Below, piece after piece: positions 38,901-47,590 of a stretch of 64,000 nt of DNA. The DNA is from an uncultured Lutibacter sp. GTDB lineage: Bacteria > Bacteroidota > Bacteroidia > Flavobacteriales > Flavobacteriaceae. The position numbers were made by a program, and so were the translations under genes. The notes under the pieces were generated by a model, which was given only the letters and a program-made list of their open reading frames with translations, did no database searches and was not told the origin of the DNA. The stretch is from positions 2,569-66,568 of the forward strand of contig NZ_CALAEQ010000049.1 of the NCBI RefSeq assembly GCF_937891065.1, given 5' to 3'. The number at the start of each line of letters is the position of its first letter. The stretch's first letter is position 1.

Positions 38901-39322
38901 GTAAATTATTAATTCTAGCTCGTGAATTAGATTTACAAAACGAATTTGAAGATGTTAACATTGAAAATTTAATTCCAGAAAATTTGAGAGAAGGTTCAAC
39001 CACTGATTTTTTAAATAAATTAGATGTAATGGATGCTTATTTTCAAGATATAAAAGACAAACAAGAAGAAAATCATGTGTTAAGGTATATTGGTGATCTA
39101 TCTGGAAATTTACAAGAAGATAAAGGGAATTTAGATGTGAATTTAGTTTCTGTACCAAAAAACAGTGCATTAGGTCAAATACAAGGTGCTGATGCTATTT
39201 TTGAAATATACACAGAGTCTTATGGAGAAAAACCATTAGTAATTCAGGGAGCTGGAGCAGGTGCAGCGGTAACTGCTCGTGGAGTTTTTGGAGATATTTT
39301 AAGATTGGCAGATAAAAATTAA
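35930..39322 (+). CDS. Triple-fusion protein: homoserine O-acetyltransferase (MetX) plus aspartate kinase plus homoserine dehydrogenase
   Basis: aa 1-325 form an alpha/beta hydrolase MetX domain (INHALTGNS, GGSLGGG nucleophile elbow). aa 326 onward is MKVVKFGGKSL aspartokinase with ACT-like repeats. Then comes the IAIFGKGLVGG Rossmann of homoserine dehydrogenase. There is no stop codon across either junction. Confidence 0.85.
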   Translation: MSQLKNIRISNFIPEKRTEGQEINLSYQLFGKELFSAPIVLINHALTGNSDVAGENGWWKDVVGEDKVIDTGKYTILAFNIPGNGYDGFVIENYKDFVARDIANLFLIGLKQLKVNELFAIVGGSLGGGIAWEMAVLNPVIAKHLIVVATDWKSTDWLIANCQIQEQFLSNSCNPVHDARMHAMLCYRTPESFKERFQRSKNEDLEIFNVESWLLHHGNKLQERFQLSAYKLMNQLLKTIDVTIGRAENVLDAIKANIHIIGVNSDLFFSAEENKETQKQLALLNPNVTYNEINSVHGHDAFLIEYEQLKKIIAPIFNKNFKNNNMKVVKFGGKSLANGKGLESTLAIIKNKINQGEKIAVVVSARGKTTDHLESILMKSKNNLPYLEEFEMLKNYQTAIDETINFNEEFKLLDEIFRGVNLLGDYSEKVKDQVLSQGEILSGKSIAYLLNKQGVKANFVDARTLIKTNEQFGEAQPFEGISEDNVIAHFKQHNGDTTQIITGFIGSNLNGETTTLGRNGSNYTAALIANFLNAEEFQNYTHLNGIYTANPDLVSTSKKIEKLSYQEANEMANFGTDILHAKTIIPLIEKNIPLRILNTFDPENEGTLIGSETERGGIKSLSVQENVCLVNFIGRGLLGKVGVDGRIFGSLGKENISVSIISQGSSERGIGFIVDAKDGYKAKIVLENEFKNEFQSKDVSQIYITEDVSVISVIGQSLQSFNQPYSALIKNRITPILINNTVTGENVCLVVKKSDLRKAANVIHGEIFGVSKNINIAIFGKGLVGGTLIEQIFKSQQNILKRKNIHLNIFAVANSTNVLLDKNGITTNWKNDLEDNSLKNYTINDVIEFAEKHHLENLIAIDNTASSKFIENYLQLIENGFDLISSNKIANTVRYDAYKELREKIKENNKSYLYETNVGAGLPLVDTIKLLHDSGENITRIRGVFSGSLSYLFNNFSVQNRPFSEVLQEAIENGYTEPDPREDLCGNDVGRKLLILARELDLQNEFEDVNIENLIPENLREGSTTDFLNKLDVMDAYFQDIKDKQEENHVLRYIGDLSGNLQEDKGNLDVNLVSVPKNSALGQIQGADAIFEIYTESYGEKPLVIQGAGAGAAVTARGVFGDILRLADKN

Positions 39323-39342
39323 GAATGAGCTTTATGTTGAAG

Positions 39343-39370
39343 TTGTCATACTGAGCCTGTCGAAGTATTG
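39343..39370 (+). repeat. copy of 25-nt intergenic repeat family
   Basis: ttgtcatactgagcctgtcgaagtattg. Confidence 0.6.
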
Positions 39371-39412
39371 ATTCAGGGTTTAATTATAAAAAATAAAGAT
39401 AAAAACAAGATT

Positions 39413-40582
39413 ATGAGTAGTAAACATTTTGAAACAGACGCAATTAGAAATCAATTAGAACGCTCACAGTTTCAAGAACATTCAACGCCATTATACCTTA
39501 CTTCAAGTTTTGTATTTGATGATGCTGAAGAAATGAGAGCGGCATTTACTGAAGAAAATCAGCGAAATATTTATTCTCGTTTTAGTAATCCGAACACCAC
39601 TGAATTTATTGAAAAAGTGGTTCAAATGGAAGGAGCTGAAGATGGGTACGCATTTGCAACAGGAATGGCTGCAGTTTTTTCAACATTTGCAGCTTTGTTA
39701 AATAGTGGAGATCATATAGTTTCAGCACGTTCTGTCTTTGGTTCAACGCATACCCTATTTACTAAATATTTTCCAAAATGGAATATTGAAACTTCATATT
39801 TTGATATCAATAAACCTGAAGAAATAGAAAGTTTAATTCAACCTTCAACAAAAATTTTATATGCAGAATCTCCTACCAATCCAGGTGTAGATATTATTGA
39901 TTTAGAATTGTTAGGTGAGATTGCTAAGAAGCACAATTTATTATTAATAATAGACAATTGTTTTGCAACACCTTACATTCAACAACCAATTAAGTTTGGT
40001 GCGGATTTGGTGATACATTCTGCTACAAAATTAATGGATGGACAAGGGCGTGTTTTAGGAGGAGTAGTAGTTGGTAAATCTGATTTAGTACGTGAAATTT
40101 ATTTGTTTTCTCGAAATACGGGTCCGGCATTGTCACCTTTTAACGCTTGGGTTTTGTCAAAAAGTTTAGAAACTTTAGCTGTTAGAGTTGAAAAACATTG
40201 TGAAAATGCTCTAAAATTAGCTAAATTTTTAGAAAATCATGCGAAAGTCTCAAAAGTAAAATATCCATTTTTAAAATCTCATCCACAGTTTGAAATAGCT
40301 AAAAAGCAAATGAAGCTAGGTGGAAATATTATTGCAATTGAAGTAAAAGGAGGATTGGAAGCTGGTAAAAACTTTTTAGATGCAATTAAAATGTGTTCAT
40401 TATCAGCTAATTTGGGTGATACAAGAACAATAGTAACGCACCCAGCATCTACAACGCATAGTAAATTGTCAATGAAAGAACAATTAGCAGCAGGAATAAC
40501 ACCTGGCTTGGTAAGAATTTCTGTAGGCTTAGAACATATTTCTGATATAATTGAAGATATCAAACAAGCTTTAATTAATTAA
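39413..40582 (+). CDS. trans-sulfuration PLP enzyme (cystathionine gamma-synthase / O-succinylhomoserine sulfhydrylase-like)
   Basis: Cys/Met-metabolism PLP family with the HSATKLMDG lysine motif. The start is taken at ATG 39413. The exact reaction cannot be assigned from sequence alone. Confidence 0.8.
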   Translation: MSSKHFETDAIRNQLERSQFQEHSTPLYLTSSFVFDDAEEMRAAFTEENQRNIYSRFSNPNTTEFIEKVVQMEGAEDGYAFATGMAAVFSTFAALLNSGDHIVSARSVFGSTHTLFTKYFPKWNIETSYFDINKPEEIESLIQPSTKILYAESPTNPGVDIIDLELLGEIAKKHNLLLIIDNCFATPYIQQPIKFGADLVIHSATKLMDGQGRVLGGVVVGKSDLVREIYLFSRNTGPALSPFNAWVLSKSLETLAVRVEKHCENALKLAKFLENHAKVSKVKYPFLKSHPQFEIAKKQMKLGGNIIAIEVKGGLEAGKNFLDAIKMCSLSANLGDTRTIVTHPASTTHSKLSMKEQLAAGITPGLVRISVGLEHISDIIEDIKQALIN

Positions 40583-40672
40583 TTAATTTAAAATTCATTA
40601 AAAATTAAATTTAAAAATTAAATTTCTTTAATTTTTAAAGCCTACTGAATAGGTAGGGTAATAAAAAATTGG

Positions 40673-40680
40673 TATTTTTG
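40673..40680 (+). promoter_or_regulatory. -7 promoter box (TATTTTTG) ahead of the cys genes
   Basis: Exact TAnnTTTG, 27 nt upstream of the ATG at 40707. An AT-only hairpin precedes it at 40613-40636. Confidence 0.35.
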
Positions 40681-40706
40681 GCATCATAAAAAAGAGTTAA
40701 TAGTAT

Positions 40707-40976
40707 ATGATATTAGATCAAATTTTTACTTCAAATAAAAACAAATCTGAAAAAAGTTTTCAAGAAATTAAAAACTCAGATAAAGCAACACGAAGTATTG
40801 TTAAAGCAATAAGCTGGAGAATATTAGGCACAATTGATACTATTGTAATTTCTTGGTTCGTAACGGGTGAAATTACAGTGGCATTATCAATTGGTTTGAT
40901 TGAAGTTATAACTAAAATGATACTTTACTTTTTCCATGAAAGAATTTGGAATTTAGTAAAGTGGGGAAAACACTAA
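40707..40976 (+). CDS. DUF2061 domain-containing membrane protein
   Basis: 89 aa with two TM helices and KAISWR..GT motifs. My recollection is that DUF2061 commonly sits next to cysH/cysDN in Bacteroidota. Confidence 0.6.
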   Translation: MILDQIFTSNKNKSEKSFQEIKNSDKATRSIVKAISWRILGTIDTIVISWFVTGEITVALSIGLIEVITKMILYFFHERIWNLVKWGKH

Positions 40977-40987
40977 ACCTAAAGAGT

Positions 40988-41605
40988 ATGAAAAATCTAA
41001 ATATAGAAGATTTAAATAAAGAATTAAAAGATAAAACACCTCAGCAAATTATTGAGTGGGCTCTTAGTATTGCTAAAAATCCATTGGTTACAACAAATTT
41101 CAGACCTTATGAAGTTGCAATTTTACATGCCTGTACACACGTTGATGAAAATTTAAAAGTAATTTGGTGCGATACGGGTTATAATACACCACAAACATAT
41201 GCTCATGCAAATGAATTAATAGATCGCTTAGGGCTAAATGTTCATTTATATGTGCCAAAACAAACTGCGGCTCATAGAGATGCTACTATTGGAATTCCTC
41301 AAATTGAAGATCCAAAGCACGCTATTTTTACGGATCAGGTAAAATTAGAACCTTTCAATAGAGCAATGCAAGAACAAAAACCAGATGTTTGGTTCACTAA
41401 TTTAAGAAAAGGGCAAACAGCTTTTAGAAGTAGCATAGATATTGTTTCAATGAGTAAAGATGGATTGTTAAAAGTAAGTCCTTTTTACCACTGGTCTGAT
41501 GAACAGTTAGATGAATATTTAGTCCAAAATAATTTACCAAATGAGTTTACTTATTTTGACCCAACAAAAGTATTAGAGAACAGAGAATGTGGTTTACATT
41601 CCTAA
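40988..41605 (+). CDS. cysH: phosphoadenosine phosphosulfate (PAPS/APS) reductase
   Basis: PAPS_reduct fold with a C-terminal ECGLH motif. The start is taken at ATG 40988. Confidence 0.85.
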   Translation: MKNLNIEDLNKELKDKTPQQIIEWALSIAKNPLVTTNFRPYEVAILHACTHVDENLKVIWCDTGYNTPQTYAHANELIDRLGLNVHLYVPKQTAAHRDATIGIPQIEDPKHAIFTDQVKLEPFNRAMQEQKPDVWFTNLRKGQTAFRSSIDIVSMSKDGLLKVSPFYHWSDEQLDEYLVQNNLPNEFTYFDPTKVLENRECGLHS

Positions 41606-41616
41606 AACTATAAAAA

Positions 41617-42516
41617 ATGACAGAGAAATTACACATAAATGCATTGGAGAATGAAGCAATTTATATTTTTAGAGAAGTTGCTGCTCAATTCGAAAAACCA
41701 GTACTATTATTTTCTGGAGGAAAGGATTCTATAACATTGGTTAGATTGGCCCAAAAAGCATTTTATCCAGCGAAAATCCCGTTTCCATTAATGCACATTG
41801 ATACCGGACATAATTTCCCTGAAACAATTGAATTTCGTGATCGATTGGTTGAAGAATTAGGTGTTGAATTGATTGTTAGAAATGTACAAGATAGTATAGA
41901 TCAAGGAAAAGTGAAAGAAGAGTCTGGAAGATATTCAAGTAGAAATATGTTGCAAACAACAACACTTTTAGATGCTATTGAAGAATTTAAATTTGATGCT
42001 TGTATTGGTGGTGCTCGTAGAGATGAAGAAAAAGCAAGAGCAAAAGAACGTATTTTTTCTGTACGTGATGATTTTGGACAGTGGGATGAAAAAAACCAAC
42101 GTCCAGAATTATTTGATATGCTAAATGGAAATATTGATTTAGGTCAAAATGTACGAGTTTTTCCAATTTCAAATTGGACAGAATTAGATGTTTGGACATA
42201 TATTGAAAATGAAGATTTGGAGATTCCTTCCATTTATTTTGCTCATAAACGAGACATATTTGTTCGTGATGGACTTATTTGGTCGGCATCAGAACACGTA
42301 TATAAAGATGATGAAGAATTAGTTGAAGAAAGAATGGTTCGCTTTAGAACAGTTGGAGATATGAGTTGTACTGCTGCAGTAGATTCTTATGCCTTAAGCA
42401 TAAGTGAAGTAGTGGCAGAAATTAGAGATTCAAGTATTTCAGAACGTGGAGCAAGAATTGATGATAAACGATCTGAAGCTGCTATGGAAAAACGTAAACA
42501 GCAAGGGTACTTTTAG
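41617..42516 (+). CDS. cysD: sulfate adenylyltransferase subunit 2
   Basis: 299 aa with LLFSGGKDS, HIDTGHNFPE and a C-terminal KRKQQGYF. Confidence 0.95.
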   Translation: MTEKLHINALENEAIYIFREVAAQFEKPVLLFSGGKDSITLVRLAQKAFYPAKIPFPLMHIDTGHNFPETIEFRDRLVEELGVELIVRNVQDSIDQGKVKEESGRYSSRNMLQTTTLLDAIEEFKFDACIGGARRDEEKARAKERIFSVRDDFGQWDEKNQRPELFDMLNGNIDLGQNVRVFPISNWTELDVWTYIENEDLEIPSIYFAHKRDIFVRDGLIWSASEHVYKDDEELVEERMVRFRTVGDMSCTAAVDSYALSISEVVAEIRDSSISERGARIDDKRSEAAMEKRKQQGYF

Positions 42517-42548
42517 AAAATTGATGATTAAAAATTAACAATGAATAA

Positions 42549-42576
42549 TGTCACACTGAGCTTGTCGAAGTGTTTG
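42549..42576 (+). repeat. copy of 25-nt intergenic repeat family (consensus-like)
   Basis: tgtcacactgagcttgtcgaagtgtttg, in the cysD-cysN spacer. Confidence 0.65.
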
Positions 42577-42611
42577 TCATAAAATTAATAATAAAAAAAC
42601 AAACAACCGAA

Positions 42612-43859
42612 ATGGAAGTTTTAAAAATAGCAACAGCAGGAAGTGTAGATGATGGTAAAAGTACTTTAATAGGAAGGCTATTATACGATACAAAATCATT
42701 AACAGATGATAAATTGAAAGCTATTGAGCGCAGTAGCAAACAAAAAGGGTATGACTATTTAGATTTTTCTTTAGCAACAGATGGTTTAGTAGCAGAGCGT
42801 GAGCAAGGAATTACTATTGATGTAGCTCATATTTATTTTTCAACAGCTACAAGAAGTTATATTATTGCAGATACTCCTGGGCATGTAGAGTATACCAGAA
42901 ACATGGTTACAGGCGCTTCAACATCGCAAGCGGCAATTATTTTAATTGATGCACGTCATGGTGTAATTGAGCAGACCTATCGTCACTTTTTTATCAATAA
43001 TTTGTTGAGGATTAAAAATGTAATTGTAGCAGTAAATAAAATGGATTTAGTTGATTTTTCTGAGGAAAGATACAATGAAATTAAAGCTGATTTTCAGAAA
43101 TTAGTTGAAAAAAGCGAATATGAAGATCAGCATATTGCATTCATTCCAGTAAGCGCCTTAAAAGGTGATAATGTTGTGAAAAAATCTGATAGTATGTCTT
43201 GGTATAAAGGAGAAACTTTACTTTCTCATTTAGAAAAATTAGATACAAATGATATTTACAATACTGGAAAAATGCGTTTTCCAGTACAATTTGTGATTCG
43301 TCCAAAAACTGAAGAATTTCATGATTATAGAGGTTATGCAGGTAAAGTTTATGGAGGTGATATAAAAGTTGGAGATGAAGTTGTAGTACTTCCTTCGCAA
43401 ACCAAAACAAAAATTAAAGAGATTTACTTTAATGATAAAAAATACGAGAGCGCATCTCGAAGATCATCTATATCTGTAATTTTAGAGAACGATGTAAATG
43501 TAAGTAGAGGTGATATGATTGTGAAAATTAATGAATTGCCTAAAGTTGAAAAGCAATTTACAGCAACGGTTTCTTGGATGGATGCAATGCAATTGGTTGC
43601 AGGTTCAAAATATGTATTGCAGCATGGAGTTCATAAAGTTTTAGCAAAAGTAACTGCTATAAATCATAAAATTGAAACCGATTTTTCTGGTGTCGAAAAT
43701 AATGTGTCAGCATTAAATATGAACGACATAGCTTCCGTTTCATTTCAATTAAATAAACCAATTTTCTTCGATTCATTTAAAGAAAACAGAACAAATGGGG
43801 CGTTTATTTTGATAGATGTCCAATCCAATAATACTGCTGGAGTAGGTTTTATTGAGTAA
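42612..43859 (+). CDS. cysN: sulfate adenylyltransferase subunit 1 (GTPase)
   Basis: GSVDDGKST, DTPGH and NKMD GTPase motifs. There is no APS kinase domain. The start is taken at ATG 42612. Confidence 0.9.
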   Translation: MEVLKIATAGSVDDGKSTLIGRLLYDTKSLTDDKLKAIERSSKQKGYDYLDFSLATDGLVAEREQGITIDVAHIYFSTATRSYIIADTPGHVEYTRNMVTGASTSQAAIILIDARHGVIEQTYRHFFINNLLRIKNVIVAVNKMDLVDFSEERYNEIKADFQKLVEKSEYEDQHIAFIPVSALKGDNVVKKSDSMSWYKGETLLSHLEKLDTNDIYNTGKMRFPVQFVIRPKTEEFHDYRGYAGKVYGGDIKVGDEVVVLPSQTKTKIKEIYFNDKKYESASRRSSISVILENDVNVSRGDMIVKINELPKVEKQFTATVSWMDAMQLVAGSKYVLQHGVHKVLAKVTAINHKIETDFSGVENNVSALNMNDIASVSFQLNKPIFFDSFKENRTNGAFILIDVQSNNTAGVGFIE

Positions 43860-43955
43860 TTAAAACACTAAAAATCAAAAACATATAATTTAAAACAGCT
43901 CATAATTCCTTATGGGCTAGGGAAACTATTACTACTAACTAAAAAATAAAATAAC

Positions 43956-46046
43956 ATGCAAAGCTTTAGAAGCGAGATCGAAAATCCGATCGTCGAAAGG
44001 GATATTATTGACCTAGAAAAAAAGATAAGTTTATTTTACGAAGGCAAAATTGATGAAGCAAGATTCAGAAGTTTACGTTTAGCACGTGGAGTTTATGGGC
44101 AACGTCAATTTGGAGTTCAAATGATTCGTATTAAATTACCTTATGGTAAATTAACTAGTGAACAACTGCATAGAATTGCCAATGTTTCCGATGAATATTC
44201 TAGAGGAAGATTGCACATAACTACACGGCAAGATATTCAAATTCACCATGTAAGTTTAGATAGAACTCCTGAACTTTGGGCTGAATTAGAAAAAGATGAT
44301 ATTACGTTACGTGAAGCTTGTGGAAACGCAGTTAGAAACGTAACTGCAAGTGAAACCGCAGGAATTGATAAAGAAGAACCTTTTGATGTTTCGCCTTATG
44401 CACATGCTGTTTTTGAATTCTTTTTAAGAAACCCTATTTGTCAGGAATTAGGAAGGAAATTCAAAATTTCATTTTCAGGTTCAGATAAAGATACAGCACT
44501 TAGTTTTATGCACGATTTAGGTTTTATAGCCAAAATTAAAAATGGAGAAGTTGGTTTTAAAATAATGATTGGTGGAGGTTTAGGTTCACAAGCAAGATTA
44601 GCAGATGTGTTATTTGAATTTGTAGCAGCTGATAAAATTATTCCAATAACCGAAGCTGTTTTGCGTGTATTCGATAGATTTGGAGAACGTTCAAAAAGAG
44701 CAAAAGCCAGATTGAAATTTTTAATAAAAGATATTGGTTTTAATGCTTTTGTAAAACTTGTTGAAGAAGAACAAAAAGCACTGTCAGTAACTTCATTTCC
44801 AATTGATACAACAGCCTTTGATGCAGAAATAGAGGTGTCTCATGTTGAAATCCCTTCAGTGACTATTGAAGATGCTAAAGCATTTGAACTGTGGAAATCT
44901 ACCAATGTAATTGAACAAAAACAAGCAGGTTTAAGTGCCATTGGTATTAAAGTACACTTGGGAGATTTTTACACTGATAAAGCAAGAATTTTAGCTGATT
45001 TGGTAAAAAAATATGCAGGAAATGAAATTCGTTTATCATTACGTCAAAACATATTAATTCGTCATGTAAAAAACGAATTACTACCATTTTTTTATGTTGA
45101 ATTACAAAAATTAGGATTTGTTGATGTGGGTTATGAAAGTACTTTGGATATTACTTCTTGTCCGGGAACAGATACTTGTAACTTAGGAATTGCAAGTAGT
45201 ACAGGGGTTACGGCTGAGTTAGAGGGAGTGTTAAAAAGTGAGTTTCCTCAGTATGCCAATAATAAAGAAATTACTATTAAAATTAGTGGTTGTATGAATT
45301 CTTGTGGACAACATACTATGGCTCATATTGGTTTTCAGGGAATGTCAATTAAATCAGGAAATTATGTTGCTCCGGCATTACAAGTGTTGTTGGGTGGTAG
45401 TATTTTAGGAAATGGTGCTGGAAGAATTGCAGATAAAGTATTGAAAATACCAAGTAAAAGAGGGCCTCAGGCATTGCGTGCAATTTTAAATGATTTTGAA
45501 GCGAATGATGTTTCTGGTGAAACATTCATAAATTATTATGACCGTAAAGGAGAGAAATATTTTTATGATTTATTGAAACCATTGTCAGATACTACTAATT
45601 TAGAGCAAAGTGATTTTATTGATTGGGGAAGCGATGAAGCTTATGAAAAAGCAGTTGGTGTTGGAGAATGTGCAGGTGTGGTTATCGATTTAATTGCAAC
45701 ATTGTTGTTAGAAAGTGAAGAAAAATTAGAAAATGCTTCAGAATCTTTAAAATTAAATCAGTTTTCAGATAGTATTTATTATGCCTATTCAAGTATTGTA
45801 AATACGGCAAAGGCATTGTTAACTTTTGAAGGGAAGAAAACAAATACACATGTTGGAATAATTTCTCAGTTTGATGAAGTTTTTGCTTCTGAAATTGAAT
45901 TAGATGTTCCTTTTTCTGATTTTATTTATCAAATTAAAAATAATGAACCTACTCTAGAGTTTGCTCAGAAATATTTGACTGATGCTCAATTATTTTATAA
46001 AAAAGTAGCTACTTACAGAGCTAATAGTATTACTGATGAAAAATAA
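43956..46046 (+). CDS. assimilatory sulfite reductase hemoprotein (NirA/Sir-type) with C-terminal helical extension
   Basis: Two nitrite/sulfite reductase repeats with siroheme-[4Fe-4S] cysteines (TSCPGTDTCNLG, SGCMNSCGQH). About 140 extra residues sit at the C-terminus. Confidence 0.85.
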   Translation: MQSFRSEIENPIVERDIIDLEKKISLFYEGKIDEARFRSLRLARGVYGQRQFGVQMIRIKLPYGKLTSEQLHRIANVSDEYSRGRLHITTRQDIQIHHVSLDRTPELWAELEKDDITLREACGNAVRNVTASETAGIDKEEPFDVSPYAHAVFEFFLRNPICQELGRKFKISFSGSDKDTALSFMHDLGFIAKIKNGEVGFKIMIGGGLGSQARLADVLFEFVAADKIIPITEAVLRVFDRFGERSKRAKARLKFLIKDIGFNAFVKLVEEEQKALSVTSFPIDTTAFDAEIEVSHVEIPSVTIEDAKAFELWKSTNVIEQKQAGLSAIGIKVHLGDFYTDKARILADLVKKYAGNEIRLSLRQNILIRHVKNELLPFFYVELQKLGFVDVGYESTLDITSCPGTDTCNLGIASSTGVTAELEGVLKSEFPQYANNKEITIKISGCMNSCGQHTMAHIGFQGMSIKSGNYVAPALQVLLGGSILGNGAGRIADKVLKIPSKRGPQALRAILNDFEANDVSGETFINYYDRKGEKYFYDLLKPLSDTTNLEQSDFIDWGSDEAYEKAVGVGECAGVVIDLIATLLLESEEKLENASESLKLNQFSDSIYYAYSSIVNTAKALLTFEGKKTNTHVGIISQFDEVFASEIELDVPFSDFIYQIKNNEPTLEFAQKYLTDAQLFYKKVATYRANSITDEK

Positions 46047-46809
46047 TATAAAACCAAAAGTAACGCTAATTGGCGCAGGTCCTGGTGATCCAGATTTAAT
46101 TACTGTGAAAGGAGTAAAAGCACTTAAAAATGCAGATGTTGTTTTGTACGATGCTTTAGTTAATAGAGAATTATTAACATATGCGCCAACTGCAAAATTA
46201 ATTTTTGTTGGAAAAAAAAAGGGTTTACATAGCTATTCTCAGGATGAAATTAATGAGTTGATTGTAAAAAGTTCTTTTGAATATAGAAATGCGGTTCGCT
46301 TAAAAGGTGGTGATCCATTTATATTTGGAAGAGGTTCAGAAGAAATAGATTATATTGAATCTTTTGGAATTGAAACCGAAGTTATTTCTGGAATTTCATC
46401 ATCAATGGCAGTGCCTGCAAGCCAAGGTATTTCTTTAACTAAAAGAGGAGTTTCTGAAAGTTTTTGGGTAATTACAGGGACAACTTCAGAAAGGAAACTT
46501 TCTACAGATGTGTATTTGGCGGCACAATCAACCGCAACTGTTGTTATTTTGATGGGAATGAGTAAACTTTCTAAAATTGTTTCAATATTCAAAAAGTTTA
46601 ATAAAAATGAATTGCCAACGGCTATCATTCAAAACGGAACTACTAAAAACGAGAAATTAGCTTTAGGAACTATCAGTACTATTGAAGAGGTTGTTGCTCA
46701 AAAACAATTATCGTCACCTGCTATTATTGTAATTGGCGAAGTAGTAAAAGAAAGTTCAAAATTACGTTCATTTTACGAGAGTTTGAATTTGGTAGAAAAT
46801 CAATTTTAG
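46036..46809 (+). CDS. cobA: uroporphyrinogen-III C-methyltransferase
   Basis: 257 aa with LIGAGPGDPDLIT, VVLYD and RLKGGDPFIFGRG motifs. It overlaps the preceding gene by 11 nt. Confidence 0.9.
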   Translation: MKNNIKPKVTLIGAGPGDPDLITVKGVKALKNADVVLYDALVNRELLTYAPTAKLIFVGKKKGLHSYSQDEINELIVKSSFEYRNAVRLKGGDPFIFGRGSEEIDYIESFGIETEVISGISSSMAVPASQGISLTKRGVSESFWVITGTTSERKLSTDVYLAAQSTATVVILMGMSKLSKIVSIFKKFNKNELPTAIIQNGTTKNEKLALGTISTIEEVVAQKQLSSPAIIVIGEVVKESSKLRSFYESLNLVENQF

Positions 46810-46832
46810 TAAACTAATAAGTTGAAAAGAAC

Positions 46833-46857
46833 GTCATGCTGAACTTGTTTCAGCATC
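46833..46857 (+). repeat. variant intergenic repeat
   Basis: gtcatgctgaacttgtttcagcatc contains the hairpin atgctgaa/ttcagcat. Confidence 0.5.
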
Positions 46858-46883
46858 TCATCCTTCTGATTACTTATGAAAGT

Positions 46884-46910
46884 GTGACTCTGAACCAAGT
46901 TCAGAGTCAC
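46884..46910. repeat. perfect 12-bp-stem palindrome
   Basis: gtgactctgaac-caa-gttcagagtcac. Confidence 0.7.
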
Positions 46911-46938
46911 GAAAAGGTTAATTAAATTAAAATTATTT

Positions 46939-47508
46939 ATGAATCAAAACGAATTATATCCAATATTTTTAAAAGTTGCGCAGTTAAATGTGTTAATAGT
47001 TGGAGGTGGAAATGTAGGACTCGAGAAACTAACTTTTTTGTTAAAATCGAGTCCAAATGCTAAGGTAACAATTGTAGCTCCAGATTTTCATCACGAGTTA
47101 ATAAAATTGGCTAAAAAACACGCTGTTGAAATTATAGAAGAATCATATCAAGTTTCTTATTTGGAAGGGAAACATGTGGTAATTGCAACTACTAATATTA
47201 TTGATGTAAATATTCAAGTTTATAAAGATTGTAAAGATCGGCATATTTTGGTAAATGTAGCTGATAATCCACCTTACTGCGATTTTTATATGGGTGGAAT
47301 AGTAACTAAAGGAAATGTAAAAATAGCAATTTCAACAAATGGTAAATCTCCAACATTAGCAAAAAGATTGCGTCAGTTTTTTGAGGAAGTAATTCCAGAT
47401 AACATTGATGAACTGGCGGAAAATTTAAATAAATTCAGAAATACAATTAAAGGAGATTTTTCAAACAAGGTAACACAGTTAAATAAATTAACCGAAAAAC
47501 TACTTTAG
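46939..47508 (+). CDS. precorrin-2 dehydrogenase / sirohydrochlorin ferrochelatase (SirC/Met8-like)
   Basis: 189 aa with an N-terminal Rossmann motif (VLIVGGGNVGLEK) and ISTNGKSPTLAKRLR. Confidence 0.8.
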   Translation: MNQNELYPIFLKVAQLNVLIVGGGNVGLEKLTFLLKSSPNAKVTIVAPDFHHELIKLAKKHAVEIIEESYQVSYLEGKHVVIATTNIIDVNIQVYKDCKDRHILVNVADNPPYCDFYMGGIVTKGNVKIAISTNGKSPTLAKRLRQFFEEVIPDNIDELAENLNKFRNTIKGDFSNKVTQLNKLTEKLL

Positions 47509-47590
47509 TGTATTATAAAAATGAATGGTTGTTTGTAATTCAAAAGAATATGCCGTTTCTTTGCACAAAGTTCATAAACATAGTTAATTA

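Noticed and set aside
40598-40636. 13-bp tandem duplication (ttaaaaattaaat twice) and an AT-only 10-bp hairpin after the metB-like gene.
   Set aside because: This is pure A/T low-complexity sequence, so such repeats and weak hairpins arise easily by chance. At most it is a weak terminator, so it is not reported as a feature.
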